Shown piece by piece: positions 1 to 10,946 of a stretch of DNA of 64,000 nt. How positions within the stretch are numbered: position 1 is the first letter of the stretch; the number at the start of each line of letters is the position of its first letter. The stretch lies in the NCBI GenBank assembly GCA_039802605.1, contig JBDRWW010000002.1:245613-309612 (forward strand), written 5' to 3'. The notes below the pieces were generated by a model. It did not search any database. It saw only the letters and a program-made list of their open reading frames with translations, and was not told where the DNA came from. Source of the DNA: a candidate division WOR-3 bacterium. GTDB taxonomy: Bacteria; Hydrothermota; Hydrothermia; LBFQ01. Position numbers and translations under genes: made by a program.

Positions 1-132
1 TATAATATCCGGGTGATGTCCGAGTCTTTCCGCCAAGATTCCCACCTTAACGACAAACGCCAAAGCCTCAATAAAATCCTTAAAAACAAACTCCCTTTCA
101 AGAAAATTTTCCCTCTCCAACCACATATTCAT
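1..132 (-). CDS. phhB: Pterin-4-alpha-carbinolamine dehydratase (5' part; runs off window start)
   Basis: Manual translation from ATG at 132 (ATGA overlap with the SCO stop): [44 protein letters not shown], with the F.F.DF..A..F and HHPDI motifs. Confidence 0.85.
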   Translation of the reverse strand, partial: MNMWLERENFLEREFVFKDFIEALAFVVKVGILAERLGHHPDII

Positions 133-869
133 TTCCTTATTAAAAAGATATAACCATAAACCGCGAGAATCATAAGGATGCTCAACACCCCAACCAGTTT
201 TACCAGCCTCCAAACAACAACCTCATACCTCTTGTTTGCAGAATCATATTCAAAGCAGTATAAGAGAAATTGATATACGAGCTTGTTTTCCCCTATATTT
301 CCCTTTGAAGCCTCTAAAAGGGATAACCTTACATCCATAGGGTTTATCTCACCCAGATCGTAAATAACTCCGGATGTTTTTCCGTCTGGGGTTAGCGTGA
401 ATATTGCAACCGGATGGGAATACAAGCCGTTTTTTAACATCTTGTATTTATATCCCAACTTTTGGGAGAGTTTTAGGATGTTTAAAGAATCCCCTACCGA
501 AAAAATGGCGGCATCTTTGAAGAAGAATTCATAAGTTTTAAACTTTTCAGAAGCATCCTTAACCGTATTTCTGTGGTTGAAGGAATATACGAGAACCCTG
601 TAATCCCTCCCCGGCTTCAAATCCTTTATCTTTGTCAAGGCCTCATATGTTTTTAAAAGCACAGTGGAGCATACTACGGGACAATCGTAATACATCGGCA
701 CGATTAAAACCGGCCTTTTACCATCAAAAATTTCGGCAATATTGAACCTCCTACCGTTTTGATCCGTAAGGAAAACATCATCCACTTTAACCCCACCTTT
801 AAAATCAACCCCCACGCCCTTAATATCGTTGGGAACATATGTACTAAATTCTGCGATAAAAATTATCAT
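129..869 (-). CDS. SCO family protein (cytochrome c oxidase Cu assembly)
   Basis: CPVVC (CxxxC) motif, downstream His (YSHP), C-terminal TM helix; lies in the cox operon. Confidence 0.85.
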   Translation of the reverse strand: MIIFIAEFSTYVPNDIKGVGVDFKGGVKVDDVFLTDQNGRRFNIAEIFDGKRPVLIVPMYYDCPVVCSTVLLKTYEALTKIKDLKPGRDYRVLVYSFNHRNTVKDASEKFKTYEFFFKDAAIFSVGDSLNILKLSQKLGYKYKMLKNGLYSHPVAIFTLTPDGKTSGVIYDLGEINPMDVRLSLLEASKGNIGENKLVYQFLLYCFEYDSANKRYEVVVWRLVKLVGVLSILMILAVYGYIFLIRK

Positions 870-1177
870 CGCATACCAAAATACCCCGCCCTTGTTAGGA
901 CATCAATTATGGGTAATGCCAAGAGGATTAACAGAAGTAAAAGGGGTATTGTTATCATAAACCACAGCAGCTTACTCTCGTATTTTAAATGCATAAAGAA
1001 CAATGCCACCAATGACGCCTTTACGGATGCTATTGAAAGGGCTATTATGGTGTTCGTAATTTTACCCAAGTCTATCCCCGCCGCCCAAACGGTTATAAAG
1101 GTTAGAATGTAAAGGGCTATTGCAACCGCAAGATATACGGGCGGCGTAACTATGTGTTCCTTATGATTATCTTTCAT
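866..1177 (-). CDS. ctaF: Cytochrome c oxidase subunit IV
   Basis: Three TM helices, KASLVALFFMHLKYE motif; start moved to ATG 1177, which follows an AAGGAGGTGG SD. Confidence 0.85.
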   Translation of the reverse strand: MKDNHKEHIVTPPVYLAVAIALYILTFITVWAAGIDLGKITNTIIALSIASVKASLVALFFMHLKYESKLLWFMITIPLLLLLILLALPIIDVLTRAGYFGMR

Positions 1178-1188
1178 CCCCCACCTCC

Positions 1189-1827
1189 TTATTTTATCAA
1201 ATAGAAAAGCGGGAAAAGGTATATCCATATTAAATCCACGAGGTGCCAGTAAAGACCGGAAACTTCAACGGGTCCGTAATATTCGGATGAAAACTTCCCC
1301 CTTAAAGCCATAATGAGTATCCCAGTAAGGACCAACACACCCACCAACACATGCAATCCGTGTAATCCCGTAAGCATAAAGTATAGGGAGAAGAATAAGG
1401 CTTGACCCTTATGCCCCTCTTGTATGAAATGGTTGAACTCTTTACCTCCGGGGTATAAGCCCTCGTGAAACTTGACGGGCCATTCAACCGTCAATTTCAC
1501 AACCAAGAATGCTACTCCCAAAAGTATTGTCAATAAAAGGAAGAGGTTTAACAGATTCTTCCTGTTGGTTTGGGCGCTCCAAACACCCATAGCCATTGTA
1601 AAGGAACTCGTTATAAGTACAATGGTATTGATAAAACCTATTGTCCTGTTGAGGTGGTGGTGCGCTATTTCAAAATCCTTGGCATATACGGAATGGAAAA
1701 CGGCATACGCGGCAAACAGGCCACCGAACAGTAATAACTCCGTGAACAGGAAAAGCCACATCCCCATTTTTGCCCCTTCAAGGCCGGCATGCCTTTCTTC
1801 ATGATGTTTTTCAAGGGTTGCCTCCAT
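1189..1827 (-). CDS. ctaE: Cytochrome c oxidase subunit III
   Basis: GMWLFLFTE, TGLHGLHV and GLYWHLVDLIW motifs. Confidence 0.95.
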   Translation of the reverse strand: MEATLEKHHEERHAGLEGAKMGMWLFLFTELLLFGGLFAAYAVFHSVYAKDFEIAHHHLNRTIGFINTIVLITSSFTMAMGVWSAQTNRKNLLNLFLLLTILLGVAFLVVKLTVEWPVKFHEGLYPGGKEFNHFIQEGHKGQALFFSLYFMLTGLHGLHVLVGVLVLTGILIMALRGKFSSEYYGPVEVSGLYWHLVDLIWIYLFPLFYLIK

Positions 1828-1838
1828 ACCTAACCTCC

Positions 1839-3437
1839 TTAGTGTTTTACGAAATCGTAAGGACCCTCTTTAACCACGGGTATTTTTTCAAAGTTTTCCG
1901 TTGGAGGGGGTGAGGGTATTGTCCATTCAAGGGATTTACCACCCCAAGGGTTATCCGGAGCCTTCTTACCCTTCCATATGGCAAAGAGAAATACGCCGAG
2001 GGATATCAATATTCCCGCCGCTATGAAGTAAGAACCTATGGTTGATGTGAAGTGCAAAGGTTGAAATTCTACGGGGTAATCCCAATACCTTCTAGGCATA
2101 CCCCGAATGCCCAAGATAAATTGCGGGAAGAAAGTTAAGTTAAACCCTATGAAATTGAGCAGCCAACCCACCTTCGCCCACTTTTCGTTATACATCTTTC
2201 CAAACATTTTTGGAGTCCAGTGGAAGAGCGCCCCGAAAAAGGCGAAAACCGCCGCGCCAACCATAACGTAGTGAAAGTGCCCAACCACAAAATATGTGTC
2301 ATGCAGGTGTATATCCGTTCCGAGGTTTGCCAAAAATAAACCCGTTAAACCACCTATTAAGAATAGGGATATAAATCCTAAGGCGTAAAGCATGGGGGTT
2401 GTGAAAGAAATTTTACCTTTATACAATGTAGCCGTCCAGTTGAATATCTTTACGGCCGTGGGAACGGCAACAAAATATGTTAAAAATGAGAAAATTATAT
2501 CCGCAACCGGGGACATACCCGCAACGAACATGTGGTGCCCCCAAACCAAAAATCCTATAAAGGCTATTGCAAGGGAAGATGCCGCTATAAACCAATACCC
2601 AAATATGGGCTTCCTGCTATGGACGGATACCAATTCCGAGATAACCCCGAAAGCGGGCAGTATCATTATATAAACGGCCGGGTGGGAATAAAACCAGAAT
2701 AAGTGTTGGAACAAAACCGGATCACCACCCTTCGCAGGATTAAAGAAACCTATACCCAAAATGTTCTCCATGCCCAAGAGTAATAGGGTTATACCCAAAA
2801 CGGGTGTGGCTAGCAACTGCACTAAACTTGTGGCATACAATGCCCATACGAACAAAGGTAATTTACCCCATGTTAATCCGGGTGCCCTTAATTTATGAAT
2901 CGTAACTATGAAGTTCATACCCGTTAAAATGGAGGACATTCCGAGTGTGAAAATGGCTAAGGAAACGATAAAAACATTAAGTCCCTTGTTTGCGCTGTAA
3001 GGTGTGTAAAATGTCCAACCCGTATCTATTGGTCCAAATAGAAGGGAAGCCAAAAGCATCAAAGCGCCCAAAACGAAGATCCAATAGCTCAGAAGGTTTA
3101 TCCTCGGGAACGCAACATCCCTTGCACCGATCATTATGGGTAAAAAGAAGTTTCCCAAACCCGATGGTATTATGGGAATTATCACCAAAAAGATTAAAAT
3201 TGCACCGTGTAGGGTGAAGAGTATGTTGTGGGCTTCCGGTGATAAAAATTGCTTTCCGGGAAAGAGTAATTCGGTTCTGAATATTATTGCAAACAGTCCT
3301 CCAACGAGTAGGAATATGAGGCTTGTGAACATATACATTAGGCCTATTCTCTTGTGATCCAGGGTAAAAAGCCACGATTTTAAACCCTTTGCATCCAAAT
3401 AGCTATTATGCCTTTCAACCGCTTCCCTTACTTCCAT
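1839..3437 (-). CDS. ctaD: Cytochrome c oxidase subunit I (A2-type heme-copper oxidase)
   Basis: [42 protein letters not shown]. Confidence 0.97.
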   Translation of the reverse strand: MEVREAVERHNSYLDAKGLKSWLFTLDHKRIGLMYMFTSLIFLLVGGLFAIIFRTELLFPGKQFLSPEAHNILFTLHGAILIFLVIIPIIPSGLGNFFLPIMIGARDVAFPRINLLSYWIFVLGALMLLASLLFGPIDTGWTFYTPYSANKGLNVFIVSLAIFTLGMSSILTGMNFIVTIHKLRAPGLTWGKLPLFVWALYATSLVQLLATPVLGITLLLLGMENILGIGFFNPAKGGDPVLFQHLFWFYSHPAVYIMILPAFGVISELVSVHSRKPIFGYWFIAASSLAIAFIGFLVWGHHMFVAGMSPVADIIFSFLTYFVAVPTAVKIFNWTATLYKGKISFTTPMLYALGFISLFLIGGLTGLFLANLGTDIHLHDTYFVVGHFHYVMVGAAVFAFFGALFHWTPKMFGKMYNEKWAKVGWLLNFIGFNLTFFPQFILGIRGMPRRYWDYPVEFQPLHFTSTIGSYFIAAGILISLGVFLFAIWKGKKAPDNPWGGKSLEWTIPSPPPTENFEKIPVVKEGPYDFVKH

Positions 3438-3449
3438 TTTTCACCTCCT

Positions 3450-4538
3450 TTATTTAAGCGTTTTTATAAACTCAACAATGTCCGAAATTTGTTCCTCGGT
3501 CAATTGCCCCTGAAATGAGGGCATAACCGCCTGATAACCCTTAACTATTTTAGCCTTGGGTTCAAGGATGGATTCCCTTATGTAATTCTCGTCGGCAACA
3601 ACCCTTTTTCCATCGGATAACTCCACATCACGGCCGAATAAACCCTTCCAAGTTGGACCTATACCCGGAGAACCATCAAAAGAATGGCAACTTACACAGA
3701 GTTTTTGTGATATTATTTTACCCCTTTCCGCCGGGGATAAAGAGGCTAAGAGTTTTTCCTGTGCCCCGGACCACTCGTTAAACTCCTCATCCGAAAGGCT
3801 TAATATGGCATAAACGGAGTCTAAGGGCATGTTTGCCAAAGTGTTGTTAAACCTGTCGGCGGGTATGGACTTAAACCTTTCAAACAGTTTTGGTGGCAAT
3901 GCAACCACCTTTGCCGGCATCCTTGAATGCCAAGCCCCACAATATTCCGTACAGAAAACCTCGTATTCCCCTGGTTTTTTTGCCTCAAACCATATCTTTG
4001 TGAACCTGCCGGGAATCGCATCGTATTTTGCCCTAAACTCTGGAACATAAAAACTGTGTATAACATCTTGCGAGGTAAGGATTAACCGTACGGGTTCCCC
4101 CGCGGGTACAAAAATTACGGGTTGAAAATCCTTAGGCGTTATACCCTTATCGTCTTTTATGGTTCCCGTAATAATCTTTTTACCATCGGGATATTCCGCA
4201 GTCCAACCCCATTGCCTTGCGGTTATTCTGATTTCAAGGGAAGGCTGGTTTTCCGGCCATTTAACTTTGGCATAAGCCTTATACCCGAACCAGAATATGA
4301 CAAAAAGTAGGATTGTGGGTATAACCGTCCATACTATTTCCAAAGTGGTATTATGGCTTATGGGTGCTCCCACTCCTTCATCTCCCGGACTTCTGCGATA
4401 CTTTATTATAAAAACCAAGAGCGCTATGTTTATTATTGCAAAGAATACAAACGATAGCCAGAAGGTAATCCAAAATGCGGTATCGGTATTTACGGCGTAT
4501 GTGGATGCCCTTTCCGGCAAAAGTGTAATTATCCACAT
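3450..4538 (-). CDS. ctaC: Cytochrome c oxidase subunit II with fused cytochrome c (caa3 type)
   Basis: DVIHSF and CuA motif CTEYCGAWHSRM; C-terminal CVSCH heme-binding motif. Confidence 0.95.
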   Translation of the reverse strand: MWIITLLPERASTYAVNTDTAFWITFWLSFVFFAIINIALLVFIIKYRRSPGDEGVGAPISHNTTLEIVWTVIPTILLFVIFWFGYKAYAKVKWPENQPSLEIRITARQWGWTAEYPDGKKIITGTIKDDKGITPKDFQPVIFVPAGEPVRLILTSQDVIHSFYVPEFRAKYDAIPGRFTKIWFEAKKPGEYEVFCTEYCGAWHSRMPAKVVALPPKLFERFKSIPADRFNNTLANMPLDSVYAILSLSDEEFNEWSGAQEKLLASLSPAERGKIISQKLCVSCHSFDGSPGIGPTWKGLFGRDVELSDGKRVVADENYIRESILEPKAKIVKGYQAVMPSFQGQLTEEQISDIVEFIKTLK

Positions 4539-4564
4539 AGACTTGATATTATAAAGTGGTAAAG

Positions 4565-4581
4565 TTGCAAATGCATTGCAT
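4565..4581. promoter_or_regulatory. Imperfect palindrome TTGCAAATGCATTGCAT upstream of the cox promoter (candidate operator)
   Basis: Resembles the perfect palindrome at 54977-54993; lies just upstream of TATAAT (4553-4548). Confidence 0.35.
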
Positions 4582-4582
4582 T

Positions 4583-5554
4583 TTAACCGAAGAAGTGTTT
4601 GGCGTTCAGAAACTCATCCACGCTAACGGTTTTTAATCTACCAACGCAGGCATGCATATCCAAAGTCATAACATCGTATCCGTTGTACGCGGTTATATAA
4701 CCGAATTTTTTGTTTTTTAAAAGCTCATAGGCGAAGTTCCCCATTGTGTGTGCCATAAGTCTATCATAGGCGGATGGGGATCCACCCCTTAAAACATAAC
4801 CTATTTCAACAAACCTGGTTTCCAAGTTTAATATACTTGCGAGCTTCCTCTGTATGTGTATTCCAACATTTTGAACCTTTTGGTCGGAATATCTAACACC
4901 TTCCGCAACCACAACTATACTAAAACTTCTCCCTATCTTCTTCCTATTTTCAATAACTTCCGCTATCTCATCAATTGTTAAAGGATATTCGGGAATAACT
5001 ATTACATCCGCACCTGCCGATATTCCGGAGTAAAGGGCTATCCATCCCGTATGCCTCCCCATAACCTGAACCACAAAAACCCTTTTGTGGGATTCCGCCG
5101 TGGAATGGAGTCTGTCTATAAGGTTTGTTGCGACATTAACGGCGGTATCAAACCCTATGCTTTCCGTTCCCCATATATCGTTATCTATGGTTTTCGGAAT
5201 AAACACAACCCTACCCCAAACCCTCTGAAAGTGGTTTGCAATGTGTAAAGAACCGTTTCCGCCTATAACGATTAAACCATCAATACCTTCAAGGTTTTCA
5301 AGGGCTTTGTTCAAAAAATCCCCATCATCCAAGGGGTTAAACCTTGATGTTCCGAGAATGGTACCCCCTTGATAAATTATCCCGCTAACGCTTTCCCTAT
5401 TCAAGTTTATAAAATCCCCAAATGTCACACCCTTCCAACCATCCCTAAAACCTATAACCTCATCCCCTTCGTTTATAGCCCTTCTAACGATAGCCCTTAT
5501 CGCCGCATTGAGTCCGGGACAATCCCCACCGGAGGTTAGAACCCCCAATCTCAT
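4583..5554 (-). CDS. pfkA: 6-phosphofructokinase (PfkA family)
   Basis: LTSGGDCPGLN, GGTILGTSR, PKTIDND, VMGRHTGWIA. Confidence 0.93.
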   Translation of the reverse strand: MRLGVLTSGGDCPGLNAAIRAIVRRAINEGDEVIGFRDGWKGVTFGDFINLNRESVSGIIYQGGTILGTSRFNPLDDGDFLNKALENLEGIDGLIVIGGNGSLHIANHFQRVWGRVVFIPKTIDNDIWGTESIGFDTAVNVATNLIDRLHSTAESHKRVFVVQVMGRHTGWIALYSGISAGADVIVIPEYPLTIDEIAEVIENRKKIGRSFSIVVVAEGVRYSDQKVQNVGIHIQRKLASILNLETRFVEIGYVLRGGSPSAYDRLMAHTMGNFAYELLKNKKFGYITAYNGYDVMTLDMHACVGRLKTVSVDEFLNAKHFFG

Positions 5555-6780
5555 AAATATATTTTAAAGTAAAATTCCTTTTTGGCCTCCTCAACGAGTT
5601 TTTGCAGTTCCCCATCCACCTTTTTGTTTATAACAAGGTTCCTTATTTCCTCATATGTGGGTTCTTTCCCCTCCTTCTTATCCAAAACCTTGAAGATGTT
5701 TATTGATAAACCGTCTGGGGATTCCACTGGGCCTATGATGTCTCCAACCTTTGCCTTTTTCAAATCCTTTAAAAGATCCGGGGGTAAAATCCTTTCATTT
5801 ACCCAACCTATTTCCCCGTTGTTTTCCCTTGTTGTTGGATCTTCGGAGTACTGTTTAACCAGTTTTGAGAAATCGTATCCCGACTTTGCCATATTAACTA
5901 TCCTTTCGGCCCTTTTCATAACGGTGTTTTTTGCGGATGAAGATGGTTTTACCCTTATGAGTATATGGGCCAAAAGGTACGCATCTTCTTGCTTTCCCAA
6001 AACCTTAAAGATATGATAACCCTGAGGCCCCCTCAAAGGTTTTGTTATACCCCCTTCGGGTGTTTTATCCAATTCTTGTATAAAATCGGGTGGAAAGGCG
6101 CTCTTGGGAACTATTCCTATGTTTCCACCGTTTTTGGCACTTTCCCTATCATCCGAGAACTTTTCCGCCAAATTTTCAAAACTCTCCCCTTTCCTGAGCA
6201 TATTATAAATGCCTTTTGCCTTCTCGTAGTATTTTTGTTCTTCCGAAGCGGAGGGTTTAACCTGTAAGGATATCACCGCAAGTTTATACTCGTCGGGTTC
6301 TTTTAAGGAGTCCTTGTAAATCTTGTAAAATTGCATAACCTCATCATCCCCGATTTTTATCTTGGGTTTAATTTTAAACTCCACATACTTTTGAACATAA
6401 AGGTTCCTTTCTATCATCTTCCTGTAATAATCCCTTAGATAATCCAATGTTAAACCGGCCTCTTTTAACCTCTCTTCAAACTCCTCCCTGCTCATCTTAC
6501 CCATAAGGGCCTTTATCTGCTGATCCAAAACGGAGTTTATCTCGTTATCGCTAACGCTTATGGTGGTATCCTCTTTGATTTTTAGGTATAACAACTCCAT
6601 ATTTACTAGTTCGTTCAGTACATTTTTGCGAAACTCGTTTAACCTATCCGGTGTTATACCCATGGCACCGCCGTATATTAGGGTTATCTCATCAACCTCC
6701 GACATCCAAAAGGCCCTATCCCCAACTACGGCAACGATTTTGTCAAGCGTATCAAGTTGGGATAATAACATCAAAATCAT
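5551..6780 (-). CDS. surA: SurA-like periplasmic chaperone/peptidyl-prolyl isomerase
   Basis: N-terminal LDKIVAVVG and two parvulin domains (FENLAEKFSDD..GG.IG; FSKLVKQYSED..GEIGW). Confidence 0.85.
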   Translation of the reverse strand: MILMLLSQLDTLDKIVAVVGDRAFWMSEVDEITLIYGGAMGITPDRLNEFRKNVLNELVNMELLYLKIKEDTTISVSDNEINSVLDQQIKALMGKMSREEFEERLKEAGLTLDYLRDYYRKMIERNLYVQKYVEFKIKPKIKIGDDEVMQFYKIYKDSLKEPDEYKLAVISLQVKPSASEEQKYYEKAKGIYNMLRKGESFENLAEKFSDDRESAKNGGNIGIVPKSAFPPDFIQELDKTPEGGITKPLRGPQGYHIFKVLGKQEDAYLLAHILIRVKPSSSAKNTVMKRAERIVNMAKSGYDFSKLVKQYSEDPTTRENNGEIGWVNERILPPDLLKDLKKAKVGDIIGPVESPDGLSINIFKVLDKKEGKEPTYEEIRNLVINKKVDGELQKLVEEAKKEFYFKIYL

Positions 6781-7634
6781 CTTTCACCCCCTTTGTACTT
6801 GTTTAAAAGAACCGTAAAAACGGAGTCTTCCACTTGTTTCCTTCTCTGCTCCAAAAGGAACTGATAAACCGTCCCTTTAATCTGCGGATCAAGGTCTTTT
6901 ATATTAACATTCCTTATATCCACAACCTTGGCGAGCACATAGGCATTGGGACCCATAGCAAATGGACCTATAACATCGTCTTTTTTGGCGTTTTTTAAGG
7001 CTTCAAACTCCTTTTCGGATAGTGCAAACCTGCCAAGGCCAACATTTTGATAACCCGATGGTTGAACGCCTATCTTTCCGCTTTTCGCAAACTCTTCAAG
7101 CATGAGGTTTGCGGCATAACTACCGTCTTTTAAGAGTTTCTTTAAAGTATCGGTTAGTTTAACATCGCCATACGCAACGGTTAGCATGGCTATTTCCTTT
7201 GAAAACTCGTCTTTGTGGTTGTTAATAAACCTAATAACTTCGGATGTATCAACATTTATTTTGGGTAGGATATATTTTCTATAAAAGGCATCTGCCACAA
7301 CACTCTTTTCCGCCCAATACCTAAGCCTTTTCACAACGCTATCCGTATCCAAACCGAGGTTTTTACCCTCATTGTAAAATAGTGCCAATTTTAAAAGTCC
7401 CTTTTCAACATCCTCTTGCGATTGACTTAAACCGGGTACAGACTGGGCTATATCAAGATCTAAACGCGTAATATAAACATCACCCACCTTTTTATAAACA
7501 TCCTCTTGGGTTTCTTCAACTCTTGCATTGGAAGTTTTACCCGTCTTTTGAAGGTATAACACCCCAAAAGCCCCCACAAAAACACCCAAAGCCAGTGAAA
7601 CCAAGGAAAATGCCGCCACCAAGTACTTGTTCAT
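6777..7634 (-). CDS. Membrane-anchored PpiC/parvulin-like protein
   Basis: N-terminal TM helix, degenerate parvulin-like C-terminus (DVIGPF); adjacent to surA. Confidence 0.55.
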   Translation of the reverse strand: MNKYLVAAFSLVSLALGVFVGAFGVLYLQKTGKTSNARVEETQEDVYKKVGDVYITRLDLDIAQSVPGLSQSQEDVEKGLLKLALFYNEGKNLGLDTDSVVKRLRYWAEKSVVADAFYRKYILPKINVDTSEVIRFINNHKDEFSKEIAMLTVAYGDVKLTDTLKKLLKDGSYAANLMLEEFAKSGKIGVQPSGYQNVGLGRFALSEKEFEALKNAKKDDVIGPFAMGPNAYVLAKVVDIRNVNIKDLDPQIKGTVYQFLLEQRRKQVEDSVFTVLLNKYKGGER

Positions 7635-7727
7635 AAACCGTTAATACTAAGGGTGAAAACTTTAAATTTTTATTACCCCGATAACATTTGCAAGTTTTAA
7701 AAATTTCCACCTTATAATGCTTGAACT

Positions 7728-8048
7728 ATGACGGCAAAAGATATAAAGGATAAGGCAATATTGGTTCTAATATTAAACCTAATACTCCCGGGTTTGGGGC
7801 ACATTATAGCAAAGGAAGAGATAGCGGAAGCCCTTAAAAGGACTGGGAAAAATCCCAACGCGGATGCAAACGATATACAGAGAAATGGTATAATCCAACT
7901 AAGTCTTCTCGCTGTAGGATTTATCACTTGTGGTTTAACATCAGTGGTGGCATGGGTTTGGTCCTTCATAATAGATACCTTGGTTAATTACTACCCGGCT
8001 ATGAGTTCCGTAAAAGATGAAAATGTTGGGCCAATATCCGGAGGGTAA
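7728..8048 (+). CDS. Small membrane protein (TM2-like)
   Basis: LILNLILPGLGHI motif, two hydrophobic segments, TATAAT 9 nt upstream. Confidence 0.55.
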   Translation: MTAKDIKDKAILVLILNLILPGLGHIIAKEEIAEALKRTGKNPNADANDIQRNGIIQLSLLAVGFITCGLTSVVAWVWSFIIDTLVNYYPAMSSVKDENVGPISGG

Positions 8049-9120
8049 GAGGGAAAAGATAAAAAGAATACTCGCATACATAGAAAAAGAAAATTATAAG
8101 GGCTATGACCCTTATGATGGTTTGTTATCTCCATTTTCTAGGTTGAGTATTCCTTTATACAGGCTTTTGTTTCAACAATTTGTTAAAAGGCTTGGCCTTT
8201 GGACGAGAAAGGTTTTGTTTATCCCCAAGGGACATAACCCGAAAGCCTTAGCCCTGTTTTTATGGTCTTATGCGTTTTTAAGGGATGAAGGGAAAGCAAA
8301 AAATATTTGGGAACTTTTGAAGGTGTATTCAATAAAAACAAATAACGGAATTGCCTTTGGTTATAACTTTCCATGGCAAAGCAGCGTATTTTTCGTCCCT
8401 TACGGAACACCCAACATAATAGCCACAAGTTTTGTAGTTTTTGCCTTAAATTATGCCAAAAGGGTTTTCAAATGGGATGTGGATTTAAGGGTATTTCTTC
8501 CTTTCTATGAGAAAACTTTAAATATTTTTAGGGATGAAAACGGGTTTTTATGGATAAGTTATACCCCTTATGATAGGTTGAGGATTTTCAACAGTTCGGT
8601 TTTGGGCGCGTTGGCTTATATGATGTGCGGTGGTGATGGTAAATTTGCAAAAGAAATAGCGAAAACCTTGCAGAATTATCAAAGGGAGGACGGCAGTTGG
8701 ATATACGGGCTTGACAGGATGACTATGAAATATGTTGATAACATACATACCGCTTATAATCTGTGGGGACTTGTAGGTATAAGAAATATGCTAAAAATCG
8801 ACGATTTTGACGGGGTTATATTGAAGGGATACGAATTTTATAAATATAACCTGTTTGATAGATGGGGTTTCCCCATATCAAAGTTGGGGAAAAAGGGGTT
8901 TGATACCCACGATTTGGCAGCTTCTATCATAACCTTTAAGATTTTTGAGGATATGGATAGGGCAAGAAAACTTGAAGGTTGGGCGGTTGAGAGGCTCGTG
9001 GATAAGGATGGCAGGGTTTATAACGGCTTAAAGGATAAAAGGGTTTTTATAAGGTGGTCGGTCGCATGGCTTTTGTTATCCCTGGTTTTTGAACCTTATT
9101 ATCCTTTTAGGTTTTGTTAA
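8017..9120 (+). CDS. Hypothetical protein, probable (alpha/alpha)-barrel family
   Basis: GYDPYDGL N-terminal motif, GYNFPWQS, QREDGSW repeat-like motif; long ORF. Confidence 0.55.
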   Translation: MKMLGQYPEGKREKIKRILAYIEKENYKGYDPYDGLLSPFSRLSIPLYRLLFQQFVKRLGLWTRKVLFIPKGHNPKALALFLWSYAFLRDEGKAKNIWELLKVYSIKTNNGIAFGYNFPWQSSVFFVPYGTPNIIATSFVVFALNYAKRVFKWDVDLRVFLPFYEKTLNIFRDENGFLWISYTPYDRLRIFNSSVLGALAYMMCGGDGKFAKEIAKTLQNYQREDGSWIYGLDRMTMKYVDNIHTAYNLWGLVGIRNMLKIDDFDGVILKGYEFYKYNLFDRWGFPISKLGKKGFDTHDLAASIITFKIFEDMDRARKLEGWAVERLVDKDGRVYNGLKDKRVFIRWSVAWLLLSLVFEPYYPFRFC

Positions 9121-10040
9121 GTTTCTTTAAGGATTTTTATATAGTGCAAAGTGTGTTTGTGCCAATATTTTTGGGTGTATTTTTCTATTCTCTCATCGTT
9201 GGAATTCAAAAGGTATAGAGTCATAAGGGTATGATAAACATACCTGTTTTTTGAATAAAAGGCCAGATGTTTCTTAACCCTATCCCTTTCAAACCCTTTT
9301 AACGCCCATCCGTATATTTTAAACCATTCGTACATGTATGCGTTCTTACTGATTTCTGCGGTGTTAATCGCCAATTCAACCAATTGTGTTGCTTTTCCCC
9401 TTAAACCCATAAAAACCATATAAGGTATTAAGGGTTGGAGTAGCCTTAAAGCCGTGTGGTGGTATCCATCTTTTAACCCACTGTCCAAAACCCTTATAGC
9501 CTCTTCAAGTACTTCTCTGGATTCGGCGCCGTTTATTAAACAATACAGGATGCGAACATAAGCCCTCATAATAATTTGCGGGACAACATTTAAACCCCCT
9601 TCACCTTCGTAGATTTCCAATGAAAAAACCTCATCGTGGGGAACATCCTCACCTTTATAAATTTTAAAATATAAATTCTTCAAAGGCTTCCAGAACCTTT
9701 CAATTTCCGGGCTTTGTATACTTTCCGACAATTCTTTTAGCGAATAATAATAAGCCAAAGGGTTTATACCCAAGTATTCGTATAATATCCTTTTGTTTGG
9801 GATACTCTTGGCATATCTTTTAGCTTTATCATAGTTCATAACCGATATAGCGTATTTAACCTCCTTAAACCAGTCAAGTTCTTCATTCCCGAACCTTTCT
9901 TTATAAGCCTTCATAAACCAGTTAAGCCTATTAAACCAACCCATATGTGCAATAAAAACTCCCAAATTATAAGTCCTCTCCCTATCCCCCCTTTTTAGAC
10001 TTTCCTCTATCTCTTTCAAAAGATAAACCAATCCCGACAT
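9117..10040 (-). CDS. Hypothetical helical (TPR-like) protein; paralog of 10041-10946
   Basis: 307 aa ORF sharing MGW, GY.HTA, L..LIP motifs with its neighbour. Confidence 0.7.
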   Translation of the reverse strand: MSGLVYLLKEIEESLKRGDRERTYNLGVFIAHMGWFNRLNWFMKAYKERFGNEELDWFKEVKYAISVMNYDKAKRYAKSIPNKRILYEYLGINPLAYYYSLKELSESIQSPEIERFWKPLKNLYFKIYKGEDVPHDEVFSLEIYEGEGGLNVVPQIIMRAYVRILYCLINGAESREVLEEAIRVLDSGLKDGYHHTALRLLQPLIPYMVFMGLRGKATQLVELAINTAEISKNAYMYEWFKIYGWALKGFERDRVKKHLAFYSKNRYVYHTLMTLYLLNSNDERIEKYTQKYWHKHTLHYIKILKET

Positions 10041-10946
10041 TCAAGTTTCCAATCCGAAAAGCTCCAAAACCCTTAAATCATGCTCGTGGTGGTGTTCCTT
10101 AACTATATGGTTTATCCTACGGTGTTGGTTTTTACCCTTATAGTGCAGATACCCCCTTGCTATGAGTTCGTGTATCAGCGCCCATCTATCAACATATAAA
10201 CCGATTTTACTCTCCACATACTCTGGATAGATTTCATCCACAAAACACCTGTATATTTCGAAAAGTTCAAAGAACCACATGTTTGCGGTTTCGTTCGTGA
10301 TGTCAAACGCCAATTGTAATAAGGGTTTTGAGGCATCTTTACCTTGCAGGTTGTAAACCAAAGGGATTAAAAACCTGAGAACAAACATAGCCGTGTGGTC
10401 ATATCCGGTTTCAAGTACCCCTTGCAAGTTTTCGTATAGTATTCTTAAAGATTGTTCATAATTTCCCTTCATCATTTCCGCCATACCCTTTGCCAATTTC
10501 AAGTTATAAATCTCCATTTCGCTTTTAATCTCAACATTCTCATCTATCTCCGGAATCTCACCCTTAAACATTTTAAACATGTTATACCTAAACATATAGG
10601 ATGCCGGATAGGTATCCTTTGCATCCTTAAAGGTTTCTTCAAAATATTCGTAAGCCCTATCGTTTAGTCCTACCAGTTCAAGGATGTACCTACGTGTATC
10701 CTTGTATTTAGCCTTACGGTAGGCTTTCTTCATATTGAAAAAAATCATAGAGGTTATAACGCCCTTGGAAAAATCTATGCTTTCGTCGTATTCGTACCCC
10801 TTTTCAAGGTATTTTTTCACAATATAGTATGAGTACTTGTACCACCCCATTTTAATGGCTTCAATGGAGTAATATTTTAGTTCGTCTTTATCGGCCCTTT
10901 CAAGTATGTCCCTTAATTTTCTTTTAAACTCTTCCCTTTTATTCAC
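10041..10946 (-). CDS. Hypothetical helical (TPR-like) protein; paralog of 9117-10040
   Basis: 301 aa ORF, GTG start with TAAAAT 9 nt upstream; abuts the next gene with no gap. Confidence 0.7.
   Translation of the reverse strand: MNKREEFKRKLRDILERADKDELKYYSIEAIKMGWYKYSYYIVKKYLEKGYEYDESIDFSKGVITSMIFFNMKKAYRKAKYKDTRRYILELVGLNDRAYEYFEETFKDAKDTYPASYMFRYNMFKMFKGEIPEIDENVEIKSEMEIYNLKLAKGMAEMMKGNYEQSLRILYENLQGVLETGYDHTAMFVLRFLIPLVYNLQGKDASKPLLQLAFDITNETANMWFFELFEIYRCFVDEIYPEYVESKIGLYVDRWALIHELIARGYLHYKGKNQHRRINHIVKEHHHEHDLRVLELFGLET

Noticed and set aside
759..6817. Short opposite-strand or alternate-frame ORFs in cox, pfkA and surA (and similar ones throughout the window)
   Set aside because: Nested in well-supported genes and lacking motifs or initiation signals
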